Assembly (NCBI RefSeq): GCF_028641065.1
Contig: NC_073385.1
Span: 45,756,001 to 45,820,000 of the forward strand
DNA: 64,000 nt
Direction: 5' to 3'
DNA from: Leucoraja erinacea
Lineage: Eukaryota
Shown: piece after piece, positions 50,635 to 62,835 of the stretch
Position numbering within the stretch: the stretch's first letter is position 1
Layout: every line of letters starts with the position of its first letter
Notes under the pieces: model-generated
Told to the model about the DNA's origin: nothing
Database searches by the model: none
The model's input: the letters and a program-made list of their open reading frames with translations, nothing else
Position numbers and translations under genes: made by a program

Positions 50635-53600
50635 GTAGGAAATATATATTTTTATTTCTATTGTTTGTAGTGATGTTGAAGCCATAATTTCCAATGTTTA
50701 ACTGTTTATTAACAGCATTACATTGCCTAGGGGAAGAAATAAAATTGCTGTAATCCAAACTTAATTTTTGTGTGATTGGAGCATTTTTGCCTATATGAAT
50801 AGAATGTGTGTGTATGTTGTGCTGTCATGTAATTCCATTTACCCCCTGTTCATTTACAAATAGCCTGTTTTAGTTCATCATCTTATAAAAATACACAACT
50901 TTTGTAGAATTTCAATAAAATAACAAGGTTGTATGTGATATTCAAGTTTGAGTAAAAATGGAAAAAAAAAATTCTAGTGTTGTCCTTGCTATCAAATACC
51001 TGAATTGTGGTATTTCAATCTACATGATACTGCGGTGCAGTGTACTGTAAACAGCCTCTTCAATTTCTTGCATGATTGTTTTCTCCCTTGATAATTCAGC
51101 AAGCCAGGATCATACTTCCCTCCATCTCTGAAAAAATAGGATTGTTATAGCTTCTCAATAAACAGCCAGTCTGCCAACTAAACATCTGTCCAGAAAATGT
51201 GGTGACTTTCTGTAAAATAACCACCAGTCTCTAAACCTATTTTCCTCATCATGTGGCCATCATCATTTTTCATTCATTCATTTTTTTGATTTTCTGAGCA
51301 TTGCCCAATTGCTCTTATTCAGGTGGTGAATTATTGCCGCCTTCCTAATGAAGGAGCGTGCCGTAGTGAGGGAAAGGGAATTTAGCCTTTAGCCGCAGCA
51401 ACAATGAAAGAACAGTGATGCAGGTCCTCCCCAGGTTACGAACAGCCGACTTATTGTCAGCCTGGTACATACCAGCAAGCATTTGGGAGACCAGTGGGAC
51501 AGATATGCCAGCAGCTGTGATCCTCTCCCATACGCTGTTTGTATTCACTTCTGACTTACGAACAGTTCTGGTTACGAACAGTTTGGCATATGAATATTTC
51601 TCGGTGAAGGCGTAACATGGGAAAGACCTATATGTTTCCAGCTCAACATGGCATACAATTGGGAATCCTCCAGAGATTGCTTTGGAGACTTGTCTTTAGT
51701 GTTAGAAGTTCTTGTTGAAATAGTGTAGGCATTGTACAGACTGTGTACACAGCAGTCATTGTGTTTGGTGATGGAGGTAATGAGCATTTAAAGTGGCAAA
51801 TGGGGTGCCATTCTCATTGGTTGATTTGTCCTTGATTCTGGGAACTTCTCTGGTCGATGGAACTACATGCACTTAGGACAATATTATATCATCTACTTGG
51901 TTGTATATTGCAGATTAAGTAAAGGTTTTGTGTTGTAAGGCGAGTTACCCACCGCTGATTAAAGCTACCAAACCATTGCAGATACCCAAGCAAATTTGTA
52001 TGTCTGCAGTCATGTGCCTGCATGTACTAGATATTTCCTGCAGGTATTACTTGTTTCTTCTTGCTCTTTCTGCCATTGTAGTTTCTCTTCTTAATGATAT
52101 CTGTGTGCCTAATGATTCACTAGGTAACTACAGGAGATCTGCTGGTCATTACAGTAATTAAAAATAGTCTGCAAGTACTTCAGGGATCATAATTTAGTCG
52201 CTTTGAGGTGTGACTGGTGGTTTTTACAATCTTTACTATATCAAGCTCTTCTGAGGTGTATGCTTTGCCATTGTGATTAAATCTCCTTTTGTCACTCCTT
52301 GTTTCACGGCAAGCTATTGCAACGTTTAAGAAACATTTAGACAGGTACATTGATGAGAGGTTTAGAGGGATATGGGCCAAACATAGGCAGGTGGGACTAG
52401 TGCAGATGCAGAGCTGCCAAGTAGTACGGATTTTCCGTATTTTGTACGGAAATGCGTGAAGAATACGGATGTACGGTTTTTACGTTGTTAAATACGGATT
52501 TTTTAAAAGTCATATTTAACAACGCAAAATCGACCATAGATAATCGTAACAACAATCGTGGCAGGTGGGAGCGGCTGGGATCGGCCTGAGTTCCTGTTTT
52601 GTTGCCATGCCGCTCACCAATGGAGGTAGTCTGGTGGGATCTTGGGATGACTTGGGATCTTGCTGGGATGTGTGGGATCATGCTGTACCTCTGGGGATCG
52701 TAACAGATTAAATCTGTGTTTCGGGTTTCAAGATCTGGGTGATTGTTTTTGTGGGCGTTAGTCTGCTGCGGAGCTTGGGTTGGGGTCTCTCTGTCTCTTG
52801 TTCTTTCTCGCTCTCTCTCTCCCTCCCTCTCTCCCCTCTCTCTCTCCCTCCATTCCTCGCTCTCTCTCCCTCTCTTGCTGTGTCTCTCTTTCACTCTCTC
52901 CCTCCCTCCCACTCTCTCACGCGCTCTCTCTCCAGCTCCCCATCTCGTCTATCTCGCTCCCTCTCTCGCCTCGGCATTCCAGGAATCATTTGGTGTTTTG
53001 CGGGAATGGCTGCATCTGCGGTTCCTTCCTGTTGTGGGGGGGGGGAGCCCGGGGCGGATCTTGGTCCCTTAACCTCCGCGGATGCCGCTTGGCCAGCTGA
53101 GTTCCTCCAGCACTCTGTGTTTTTTGTTTGGCTCTGGAGTTGAAGGTGGACACGGGGGGCTGGGGTGGCTCAGCGAGACGGGCGGCGGCTTAGGTGAGGA
53201 GGAACGGGTGGAGTTTTGGGTCGAGACCCTTCTTCAGACAATCACAAGTAGTCTCACCGACGAGAGTTCAGTTCAGTCTGAAGAAGAGTCACCCAATCCT
53301 TTTCTCCAGAGTCGCTGCCCGCCTCGTTGAGTTGCTCCAGCTTTAGATCCATCTTCAATTTCAGAGTTAAATAAAAAACAGAGTGCTGGAGGAACACAGT
53401 GGGCTAGGCGTCATCTGTAGAGGGAATGGATTAGGAGTTGTTTCGGACCAGGGTTCTTCTTCAATAGGAAGGAACTGCAGATCAGGCATGATATTCATCC
53501 GATTTAAATCGGAATTCAGATTTTTTTGTTTTCCTATTTGTCAATTTTTTGTGCCCGATTATTTGGCGGACGATCAACCGTTGTCTCTAAGGGGGTTGCG

Positions 53601-53985
53601 TCCAATCACCGACCAGCTTCCCATAAAATCCCCGTCCAAGCAACAAATCCTCCAAACCGGTCCAATCAGCCGCTGTCTCCAATGGCATTATGTCCATTCA
53701 AATAATGCGCTGGTCACTCAGCGGCCAATCAGACGCAGTCTCCGAGGGGCGTTGCGACCAATCACCGACCAGCTTCCCTTGCTGAAGCAGACGATGGCTG
53801 CAGCCAACACAGACAGAGAGAGAGAGAGAGATGCAAGAAAGCAGCTATGACATATAATACACAATAAACTGTATTACAAATACATAATAAACAAGTTATG
53901 CATTCTTGTACTCTTGCATGGGTATGACCGCACATAAAAAATAAAAATAAAAATTCAGCAAAATGGCACAGCGCAAAAATACTGA

Positions 53986-56900
53986 TTTTACTTCGGAGTC
54001 ACGTGAGTGACTACGTGAAGAACCCCGCCAGGACGCACGCGTGTCATATCGCATTCACGCTTGCGAAACGACAGGCGGGGTGGAGCGTTCCCCCGCAGCG
54101 GTAAGTTTGAAACCGCGACCTGCAGGTAAGTGACTAACTCTGCGGTAGTTTTTTGTCCCCGCGCTGTTTTTACACAGGGGGGGGAAGCTGGACAAAATAG
54201 TGTCCACAAGTGCTTCGAGTGAAGCTGGCAGGGGAGGACCGCGAAGTTGCGGGAGCCAGCAGCAGCTGAAGGCACAAGCCCCGTAAGTGGGATCAGCTGT
54301 GCCGACTTTTAGTCCCGCGCCGGCCAGAACACCACGGCCGGGCAGGAGACTATTCAGAATGGGGCCATCGACTTTGACAAGTCGAAACGGCAGGAGGCGG
54401 GGTGGAACGACGTTCCCCCGTAGTGACAGTTTAAACCTGGACCTGCAGGTAAGTGAAACTGCGGTCTTTATTCTCCCCATACTGTTTCACAGGTGGGGAA
54501 ACATGGAGAGCTGTGCAAACAACGGCAGGCGGCACAGGAATCACCCTTAAGGGAACAGCTGTGCCCGACTTCGCTCCCGCACCGGCCAGATTAAACACCA
54601 TGGCTGGGCGGGAGACTACACAGAACGGAGCCGTTGGCTTTGACAAGTCAAAACGGCAGGAAGAGGGGTGGAAGGACGTTCCCCCATAACGGCAAGTTTT
54701 AACCTGCAGGTAAGTGATACTGCGGTCTTTATTGTTCCCATACTGTTCTACAGGTGGGGGAAACATGCACAAGGCAAAGAAGTCGACCAGAGCTGCGACA
54801 AAGCTGGCGGGAGAAGAAAACCAAAAGAGTCGTTGACTGATGAGTCCGACTTTGAGCAGCCGCAAGCGGCCAGCGACTTTGAGCGCTGGAGCCGGTTGGA
54901 GCAGCTTATGGAGCAGAGCTCCAACATGACAGACTCTGGGAGATGGAGTCTAGTCACCGTGGGGATATAAAAAACACCCACAGCAGCACCTTACGTAGGG
55001 CTGCACAGTGCATCTCCCTCGTCAGAAGGGAGTACTGGGGAGTCAATTCTGGGCTGACCCTGAAGAGGGGTTTTGACGAACAAAACTACAAGTGTGCAGG
55101 GGGTGTAGGAAGGCAAAATCTACTGGTCATGGTGTCCAAATACATACAGCCAGACCACGATGGACACCACTGCAAAAATACTTGGGACCAGGAAACTGCG
55201 TATCCCTGAATGTTCCAGTCGTGGAAATAGCATCTGGAAACATGTCGGAGCAGGACTTAGGAAAGCCCTGGGGCTCATAAAGGCAACAACATTAAGGATC
55301 TCCTACAGCCAAAGACAGCACCCTTATGCACCCACCAGCAGAACAAGAGAAGCTGGTGAAAGCTCAAAGGCCGGGCATACAGGACAGCGGTCTTTTAGAC
55401 CATAGCCCAGACCGGCCTTCCTGGAAGATGCGCAAACCCCCAACCCAAAAACAAACCCAGACACCGGCGACTCAACCTCCACGAAGATCACACAGAAGAA
55501 GCAAACTTCCACTGGTAACAATGGAGGTCTGGGTCTGGTTTCTTACAAATTATAGGAAGAGTGGATAATACACACATTGGTAGGAGATTACACTCTTTTG
55601 GATACATGGTGTATATCAACTACAGACACTTATATCCTAAGCAGTATCCAGGGATATACCATTGAATTGTGCAAAAGGGGTAATGGGTAAACCCAACACG
55701 ATTGGCTGGAATTTGTGCCTTATATCTTTACCAAAAACAAAATAGATGGTGACAGTCGCATCATCATCGAATTGACCAAATTGAATACATTGTACTATAT
55801 ATTCAGTACAAAATGGGAACTGGTAACTGCTAAAGAACTGATTTCCAAAGGCTACTGCATGGCTAGCATCAACCTAAAAGATGCTTACTATTCAGTGCCT
55901 ACACGGACTGATCACAAACGTTATTTTAAAAAATTCAACTGGATGGGGCAGCTCTGGCAGTATAGAGCTCTACCAAATACATAATCATATGATCATACTA
56001 ATTGTGGGCATAACTTTGGAGTTGGCCTAACTAGCTGTAACAGCCACCATACAGTTGGGTGAAAACTGGGGTTATCATCCATCCAGTTAAATCTAAACTA
56101 ACGCCTACCAACATAATGGATTATTTGGGGTTCACTCTTGACAGCTCGCATGTCGGTGACTTTACCAAAGGACAAGGCTACAGTCTTAACTGAGGCCTGC
56201 AACAACCCCACTGACATCAATGAGCCGTCTATCAGATTGGTAGCAAGGGTAATTGGCATATAGTGTCCGCCTTTCCAGCCACACAATTTGGACCTTTGTA
56301 TTACCAAAAATCTACAAAGGGCAAAAATATAAACACTCAAAGTTAATACTGGTCATTTCGACAGACCAATAAGCCACCAATCAAAGCTTATGGAATTAAA
56401 ATGGTGGAGGGATAACATTCGGCATTGTTCCAACCCTATCGTTATCAGCAAACCCTTAGTGGTGCTACAAACTGATGCCAGTGCACTTGGTTGGGGTACT
56501 ACCAATTTCCATCTCCATCTGTGGAGGTAGATGAAAGGCACAGGAGGCATCATTATCACAGACACTGGGCATAAACTACCTGGAAATGTGGGGTGTGTTC
56601 TATGGCCTAAAGTCGTACTGCTCTGGGATAAATCACCAGCATGTTAGACTACAGAGTGACAATCTGACATACAATTTAGTAATGGTGTATCCAGAGAAAT
56701 ATTTGAATATCAGCTACTTACCTACCAGGTAACCCAAAATTCAGTGACGGACATCAGGTTACGCAAATTCAATAAAATAAGACTTACTCACCAGTTACCA
56801 AACTGTGTTTCTTGGGAACCAGACCCTGGGACAGCAGGGACAGATGTTTTTCACTGCATTGAGGGGGCAATCGTTTATCTATGCATTCCCTCCTTTTCTG

Positions 56901-58562
56901 CATCATCAGTCGGGTATTACGAAAAATACAAGACTCAGCGTCTGTTAATTGGTAGTGCCGATTGGCCTACTTAACCATGGTTCCCTGTGATACTCGACGT
57001 GGGTTTTAACCATGTATCACCATCCTGAAACAACCAGATTATTGGTTCATCCCGTAACAGGGGAACCCATCCATGTTAAAAACAACAGACCTATCAATTT
57101 ATAGAGTCTAAAGAAACCTCTACTGCAACTGGGACTGGCGGACCGAACATTGAACATTATCTCAGCGGGCCACAGACAGCCCACCAAAAAACTATATCTG
57201 GTATACATCAGGAAATGGGAGATATATTGTCACAGAAACAACATCACCCACAGTTCGATGAACATAACGTCTGTTCTGGAATTCCTGGCAGGCCTCAATT
57301 ATGATGAGGGGCTCAGTTATAGTGCCATTAACTGCGCCAGAAGTGCCCTTTCAACATATCTATGGCGAGGATCAGAGCGTCATTCTGTTGGGACTCACAC
57401 CTGGTAACCAAACTTATGAGGGGAATTTTTAATATCAATCCCCCAAGAACCAGGTACTCTCTAAAATGGGATATGAGTATTGCCCTAACGTTGCTAAGGA
57501 ATTGGTCTCCAGCAATCTGTCCCTGCAAAGACTGACGCACAAAACAGTCATGCTGATGGCTTTGGTCACGGCACTAAGGCTACAGTCGTACATAAGTTAA
57601 GGCTGGACTATATGACTTCCTCAACAGGAATATAACGTTTCATATTACGAATTAGTCAAACAGAATAGACCGGGATCATCAGGCCTCAAAATATAATTTA
57701 GGGATTACCCTACAGATATCGTCTCTGTATAATAAGACAATTATTGTTATATATGGAGAACACCAAAAACATCGGAGGCTATGAGATGGCACTACTAATC
57801 AGCCACAAACAACCCACAAAAAAGTGTCGGTTCAAACTATTTCCAGATGGCTGAAACAGGTTTTATCAACAACTGGGGTGGATACTAACATATTCTAATC
57901 TTATTCCACCAGGGCTGCAGCTACATCGGCAGCTATGGAGTTGGATGTACCAATGAACCAAATCCTCGAGACAGCAGGATGGATCAGGGGAAAATGTTCC
58001 AACTATTCTACCACAAACCAGTAGTTAAACTGGAACTTTGCAGAGCCAATTTTAAGTTCTGTAATATAATTTCACCCCATAAATAGGGGCTATAATTTGT
58101 TGTTAACAATTTATCATGGATTTCAATGTTGGATTCATGTCTAAACATGTTAACTCAATTCCTCCCACAGTCAATTAAGGCAGATGTGATGCATGGACTA
58201 GTTTCCACGGCATGAAATCACAGAGCTTTGAAATCTTCACGTAGTCACTCACGTGACTCCGAAGTAAAATAGTAAGATTAAACGAGAACTTACCAGTTCG
58301 AAGTTTGATCGTTATTTTATGAGGAGTACGTTGAGGGAATACGTGCCCTCCGCTCCCACCCTTGATCATATACTCAACTGGTATTTTCTTCTCTAATCTT
58401 ACTATGTTCAGTCATTACAGTTATCTGTGATTTCACACCGCTGCTTTGAAGAATGACACGCATGCGTCCTGGCGGGGTTCTTCACGTACTCCCTCAACGT
58501 ACTACTCATAAAATAACGATCAAACTTCGAACAGGTAAGTTCTTGTTTAATCTTACTATTTT
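53986..58562 (+). mobile_element. DIRS-1-type tyrosine recombinase retrotransposon; termini intact, coding regions degenerate
   Basis: Left ITR ttttacttcggagtcacgtg..., ICR 58235-58345 complementary to both outer ends, right ITR ~58455-58562; RT MASINLKDAYYSVP/QYRALP, RNase H LQTDASALGWG, YR LSYSAINCARSALS and (H/Y)STRAAATSAA...AGW. Confidence 0.93.
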
Positions 58563-58588
58563 CTCAGCAAAGTACTTATTTTCAGGTA

Positions 58589-60144
58589 CAGGTGCACAAC
58601 CTTTTAGCCGAAGATAAAATAACGAAAAGCTCCGAATAGCGGACATTTTTTCAGTCCTTGAAGAAAGGTCCTTGAAGACGTTCACCGAGGTCGGCCCGCA
58701 GAGGTGACAGCGGAACCTCCGGTCGGTCCTCGAAGAAAGGGGAACTAAATCCCCATTCATAAAAGAGGTGAGGGTATATTGCGCGGGAGGGTTAATAATT
58801 GACAATCTGCAAGCACGGAGATCCCAGAGACCCACAGCCAGCAGCAGCCCAGCCCCGTTCCAACTCCAGAGGAACACGCTTCCCGTAGAGACAGAAGCTG
58901 ATGGTGTGCAAGGTACGTCTTCTTCTTGGGGTTGCAGATGAGGGGGCGCAGCTCGGGCTGTGACGTCTCTGGCCACCCCCCTGTACAGGAGCTGAGACTG
59001 GGAACTGTCCCGCCCTTGCAGGTGAGCAGGAGAGTGGGGTTGTTTGCAGTTGCAGAGGGAGGGGGCAAGGGCGGTACAGTTCACAGTCTCAGCTCCTGTC
59101 CAGGGGGGTGGCCGGAGACGTCAGGACCAACGGGACAACGACTGCAAGCACGGAGATCCCGGAGACTCGCAGCCAGCAGCAACTCGAGCCCAGCCCCGTT
59201 CCAACTCCAGAGGAACCCGGGTTGGGGATGAGGGGGCGCAGCTCGGGCTGTGGGCGAACTGCCACTTGTCGCTGTAGCGGCCCATCGGGGAGTAGGTTCC
59301 TGTTGGTCCTGACGTCTCCGGCCACCCCCCTGGACAGGAGCTGAGACTGGGAACTGTACTGCCCTTGCCCCCTCCCTCTGCAACTGCAAACAACCCCACT
59401 CTCCTGCTCACCTGCAAGGGCGGTACAGTTCCCAGTCTCAGCTCCTGTACGGGGGGGGGGGTGGCCGAAGACGTCAGGACCACCAAAAGCCGCTCCCCGA
59501 TGGGCCGCTACGGCGACAAGTGGCAATTCGCCCACAGCCCAAGCTGCGCCCCCTCATCGGGACACCGACCCCCAGGCCCACTGCAAGCACGGAGATCCCA
59601 GATCAGCAACTCCAGGCCCGCTCCAACTCCAGAGGAACACGCTCCCCGTAGGGGCAGAAGCTGATGGTGTGCAAGGTACGTCTTGTTCTTGGGGTGGCGC
59701 AGCTCGGGCTGTGGGCGAACTGCCACTTGTCGCCGTAGCGGCCCATCGGGGAACGAATTCTTCTGGAGTTGGAGGGACAGGGAGACACAGCGGCTTTTGA
59801 GAATGGTGGGCAATCACTTCCAAAGTTCTGCCCACACAGTCGGTACACCTCTCCTATACTTGTCTCCCGCACTAAGATTATCTCGCAGAGAATGATCCCA
59901 GCCTAACCCTCCCTATTCTCTCCTATTCTGCAAGAAAAAACTACATTGAAGACTCAAACTCGCGATCGACTAACTGCCGGGATCGAGGCGCAAATTCGCG
60001 ACCTTGCGGATATGAGCCGAGCACTCTACCACTGAGCCAGCCGTTAAAATCTACGCTAAAAATCTTCCAAACCGAAAGCCGAAAAATTCCGAATTACGAA
60101 AAGTGTCTGGTCCCAAGGCTTTCGGATAAAAGGTTGTGCACCTG
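58589..60144. mobile_element. Non-autonomous Tc1/mariner-type TIR element (1556 bp) with rearranged palindromic cargo
   Basis: TA|caggtgcacaacctttta(g)ccgaa ... ttcggataaaaggttgtgcacctg|TA. Confidence 0.88.
59972..60045 (-). other. tRNA-like (CAT anticodon) degenerate segment inside a TIR element
   Basis: Minus strand: aacggcTGGCTCAGTGGtagagtgct-cgg-ctCATat-ccg-caaggtcgcgaatttgcgcctcg; A-box and anticodon arm present, T-arm degenerate. Confidence 0.45.
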
Positions 60145-60774
60145 TACTAGAATACTGAAATGCTCTGGCAGAACCTGGCAGCTCTGCAGATGGGACATGT
60201 TGCTCAGTGTGGGCAGGTTGTGATGATGGGCCTGTTTCCATGCTGTATGGCTCCTATTGCAGTCTGCACTAGAATTTTTTCTGGAAATCTATTGTTTGAT
60301 TACATTTTTGAATTTCTGAACAAGATTTTACATGATCAAATAATTCACCAACAGCCTGCGGCATAAATCAATATGATTAATCCATTTATACCAAGCTTCT
60401 GTGTGTGTTCCATGTGTTTTAAGACATTGTTTATTTTGATTGCACCTTTTTACTATATTGTAGGAGGTTAGTTCCCAAAAATCTGGTTTTCATTTATTTA
60501 ATTCAGCAAGAGTTTTCAATCTGTTGGAAGATAGGGTGAGAGAGACTACTCTCTATTCTGTTTTACATTGCTTGATTGATTTCCGGCTTCAAATCATTGG
60601 CCTGCCAATGCTGGCCATGTCTGCTAATTGAGTGAAAAAAAAATCAGACCATTTTTGTCTAATCTATTTAATTACTTTAGCTATACCATTCTGCTTACAT
60701 ATACAGTCATCCTGCCAATAACTGATCTTTAACTTCCCTAAATCTATTTCAAGGTTGAAGGCCACTTAATTTCC

Positions 60775-61235
60775 TTTGGAGAGGAACGGCAAGTGGAGTT
60801 TAATTCAAATAAGTGTGATATGCTGCATTATGGGAAGTCAACCCAGGGCAGGACCTTCACAGGCCCTGGGGTGAGTTGTAGAGCAATTGGATCCAGGAGT
60901 ACAACTACATAGTTCTCTGAAAGCAGCGTCAAAAGTAGATAGGAAAGTGAAGGCAGCTTTTGGCACATTGGCCATCATCAGTAAGAGAATTGATTGTAGA
61001 AGTGAACATCATGTTACAGTTATACAAAATATGGGTGAAGCTGCACATGGAGTATTGTGTTCAGTTTTAGTCACCCGCTGTAAAAAAAGATGGTGTTAAG
61101 TTGGAAGGAGTACAGAAGAGATTGATGAAGATGTGGCCAGGACTCGAGGGCCTGAGCTACAGGGTGTGCTTAGGGGTTTATTCCTTAGAGCACAGGAGGA
61201 TGTTGGGTGATCTTATAGATCATAAGGTGAATAGA
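60775..61235 (+). mobile_element. Old CR1 fragment
   Basis: Degenerate WQVEFN..KC...H.GKSN and EYCVQF motifs. Confidence 0.75.
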
Positions 61236-61437
61236 TACGGTGCCACCGAGATGCCTCATCAAATCTAGTTCAATTTACCCATGTTTGGCTCAATAGAGTC
61301 AACTCCTTATTTTCCATTGTTCATTTTCCAGTCTTAATTTCTTTAGGGCCAATGCTCATTTTTTGAACTTTTCTGTTGAAAATGTGTGCAAATTTTTCCT
61401 TCCTTTTTATTTTCCTAACTACCTTTATTTCCTGAAA

Positions 61438-62415
61438 AGATGAGCAGACTGCCAGCAGGGCAGCCATCGCCCTGGCACCCCTGGTGGTCATCATTGGACC
61501 ATCATTGCCTGTGGCAGATTGCGCTTCCTCAGCTGCTGCAGGAAGTACATCCTCTGTTGTGCCTTTTTGACTGTGAGTCGATGGTGGCCCCCCCCATTTC
61601 AGGTCCTTGGATATGATGGTTCCCAGGAACTTAAAAGACTCCACATATATGTGACTGTGGTGTTGTTTATGGTGAGTGGGGTAAGGGGAGGGGGAGCTCT
61701 CCTAAAATCTACAATCAATTCCACTGTCTTAAGAGCATTGAGCTCCAGGTTGTTGCGATGGCACCAGGAATCCAGCTGTGTCACTTCCTGTCTGTAGGCA
61801 GATTCCTCCCCATCCTGGATCAGTCCAATTTGGGTTGTGTCGTCCGCAAACTTGAGAAGCTTGGCAGAGGAGTCAGTGGAGGTGAGGTCATTGGTGTAGA
61901 GAGAGGAGAGTACGCAGCCTTGCTCCTATGCTGAGGATCTGCGGGTCCGAGATGTGCTTTCCCAGCCTCACATGCTGCTTTCTGTCTGTCAGGAAGCTGG
62001 TGAACCACCAACAGAGGGGTTCAGGCACAGTCAACTTGGAAAGTTTGGAGTGTAGTAGCTCTGGCACAATAGTGTTGAATGCAGAGCTAAAATCAACAAA
62101 CAAAATCCTCGCATAGGTCCCTTGGCAGTCAAGTTGCTGGAGGATGAAGTGCAGGCTCAGGTTGACTGCTTCATCCGCAGATCTATTGGCCCGTTATGCA
62201 AACTGCAAAGGGTCCAGCAGGGGGTTTGTGATATTTTTCAGCACAAGCCTTTATAGGGTCTTCACCCGATTCAGATTCAGATTCAATTTTAATTGTCATT
62301 GTCAGTGTACAGTACAGAGACAACGAAATGCATGACTACAGAGGTCAGTGCGACAGGCCTGTAGTCAATAAGACCAGTTATCCTTGCCTTTTTTGGTACA
62401 GGGACAATAGTTGAA
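61438..62415 (-). mobile_element. Rex1/Babar-type LINE fragment, close relative of 44090-44990
   Basis: FVDFSSAFNTIVPELLHSKL, LELNALKTVELIVDFRR; SINE-tail insertion at 62270-62332. Confidence 0.85.
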
Positions 62416-62835
62416 AATATGCTATTTTCATTAAGTTTAATATCTATAACACTTTTCCCTTCAAAAGGCTCTACACCGTGTTTTCTGAACTTGCATGATT
62501 CCTTTTTATTATTTTGGCCATCATTATTTCTTGGTGCTACCCCTACACCTTTCTCCTCGCTTCCACTCCTTTTTTAAATATCACTGAGCCTTTGATATTC
62601 AGATTTCAATCTTTGTCATCTCTTTCGCAACTTTGTAAAGAATATCATATTAAAAGAAAATATTTTTTGTGGGATAGTGATTACAAATCTCTACTGCCAA
62701 GATAAAGGCAACACGTCACTCAAAGACTAAACTGTTTAGTACATATTAACATCTTGTTTCCTTACTTGGTTTAACAAAATTATAGTACTTCTAGAAAATG
62801 TGTCTCCATCACACTTTACCTATTTATTCTTCCTT

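Larger units (their letters stand above)
52409..60186. mobile_element. TIR element (hAT-like ends) splitting a CR1 3' tail and hosting DIRS and MITE insertions
   Basis: TIRs cagagctgcca / tggcagctctg; duplication cagatg; CR1 tail 52310-52408 resumes at 60187-60257. Confidence 0.7.

Noticed and set aside
50479-50670. ORF-track 63-aa standalone protein
   Set aside because: It is SPRED1 exon 2 read from a GTG through the donor into the intron.
52739-53143. Ser/Leu-rich ORFs
   Set aside because: They derive from (CT)n low-complexity sequence.
58506-59895. Cluster of overlapping 70-190-aa ORFs
   Set aside because: GC-rich repeated modules of a non-autonomous TIR element; no domain motifs.
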